The notes beneath the pieces are model-generated. The model was not told where the DNA came from, did no database searches, and worked only from the letters and a program-made list of their open reading frames with translations. Shown in pieces: positions 59,552 through 64,000 of a stretch of DNA of 64,000 bases. How positions within the stretch are numbered: the stretch's first letter is position 1; the number at the start of each line of letters is the position of its first letter. Source of the stretch: Salpingoeca rosetta (lineage: Eukaryota; Protista; Choanoflagellata); contig JAWQFM010000007.1 of the NCBI GenBank assembly GCA_033442325.1, forward strand, positions 1,121,261 to 1,185,260, written 5' to 3'. The translations under genes and the position numbers were made by a program.

Positions 59552-59848
59552 ATGTGTTCTTTGTAGCGCTCTTGTGTTCCCCACCCTCGCTGCCTGCCTT
59601 TCTTTCCGTGAGCACCTTCAACAGTAGACGTAACACGACATGACATGACTGGGAGGAGTGATGACACCTGGAGCGTAACAGATGATTGTACTTCTCTAAT
59701 CCTCGCTCCCACCGCAAAACCAACGCAAACCAACGAGACACACTGGGCAAACGCAAACGCAAGAGTTGCGGTGTGGTGTGGTGGTGTGAAGTGATGTGTG
59801 TGGTGTGGTGTGGTGGTGTGAAGTGTCGTCATCGCGCCACGTCACCCA

Positions 59849-64000
<4,152 letters not shown>

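Overview
Gene-dense, intron-rich eukaryotic DNA whose introns are packed with (GT/CA)n and other microsatellites. The gene set mixes animal-type genes (GAS7, adhesion GPCR, TECPR1, FNBP4, LHFPL-like) with genes vertebrates lack (ilvD, Irc3-type helicase). This points to a choanoflagellate, most likely Salpingoeca rosetta (inference, not verified). I assembled 15 genes by manual exon reading: C1orf109/AIRIM-like (-), GAS7-like SH3-WW-F-BAR (-), LHFPL/claudin-like tetraspan protein (+), dihydroxy-acid dehydratase (-), TECPR1-like (+), Irc3-like helicase (-), EEF2KMT (+), CHCHD7/Cox23 (-), adhesion GPCR (+), syntaxin-16 (-), PhyH-family dioxygenase (+), FNBP4-like (+), dynein light intermediate chain (+), NUDT9 (+, spans a 100-N gap) and a 5'-truncated dynamin-related protein (-). 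Family calls come from remembered motifs, not database searches. Most ORFs in the supplied track are microsatellite artefacts. No RNA genes, transposons or CRISPR arrays were supportable. The top candidate for novelty is the tetraspan protein, whose acidic tail carries 11 Y-L-[DE]-[FL] motifs (read as YxxPhi, clathrin-box-like or phosphotyrosine sites), shows recent tandem expansion, and sits head-to-head with the F-BAR gene. Other candidates are an adhesion GPCR with HRM-GAIN/GPS and an unassigned N-terminal domain, a 5'-UG/3'-CA polarity of intronic repeats, and a TECPR1 with a Tudor-like tail.
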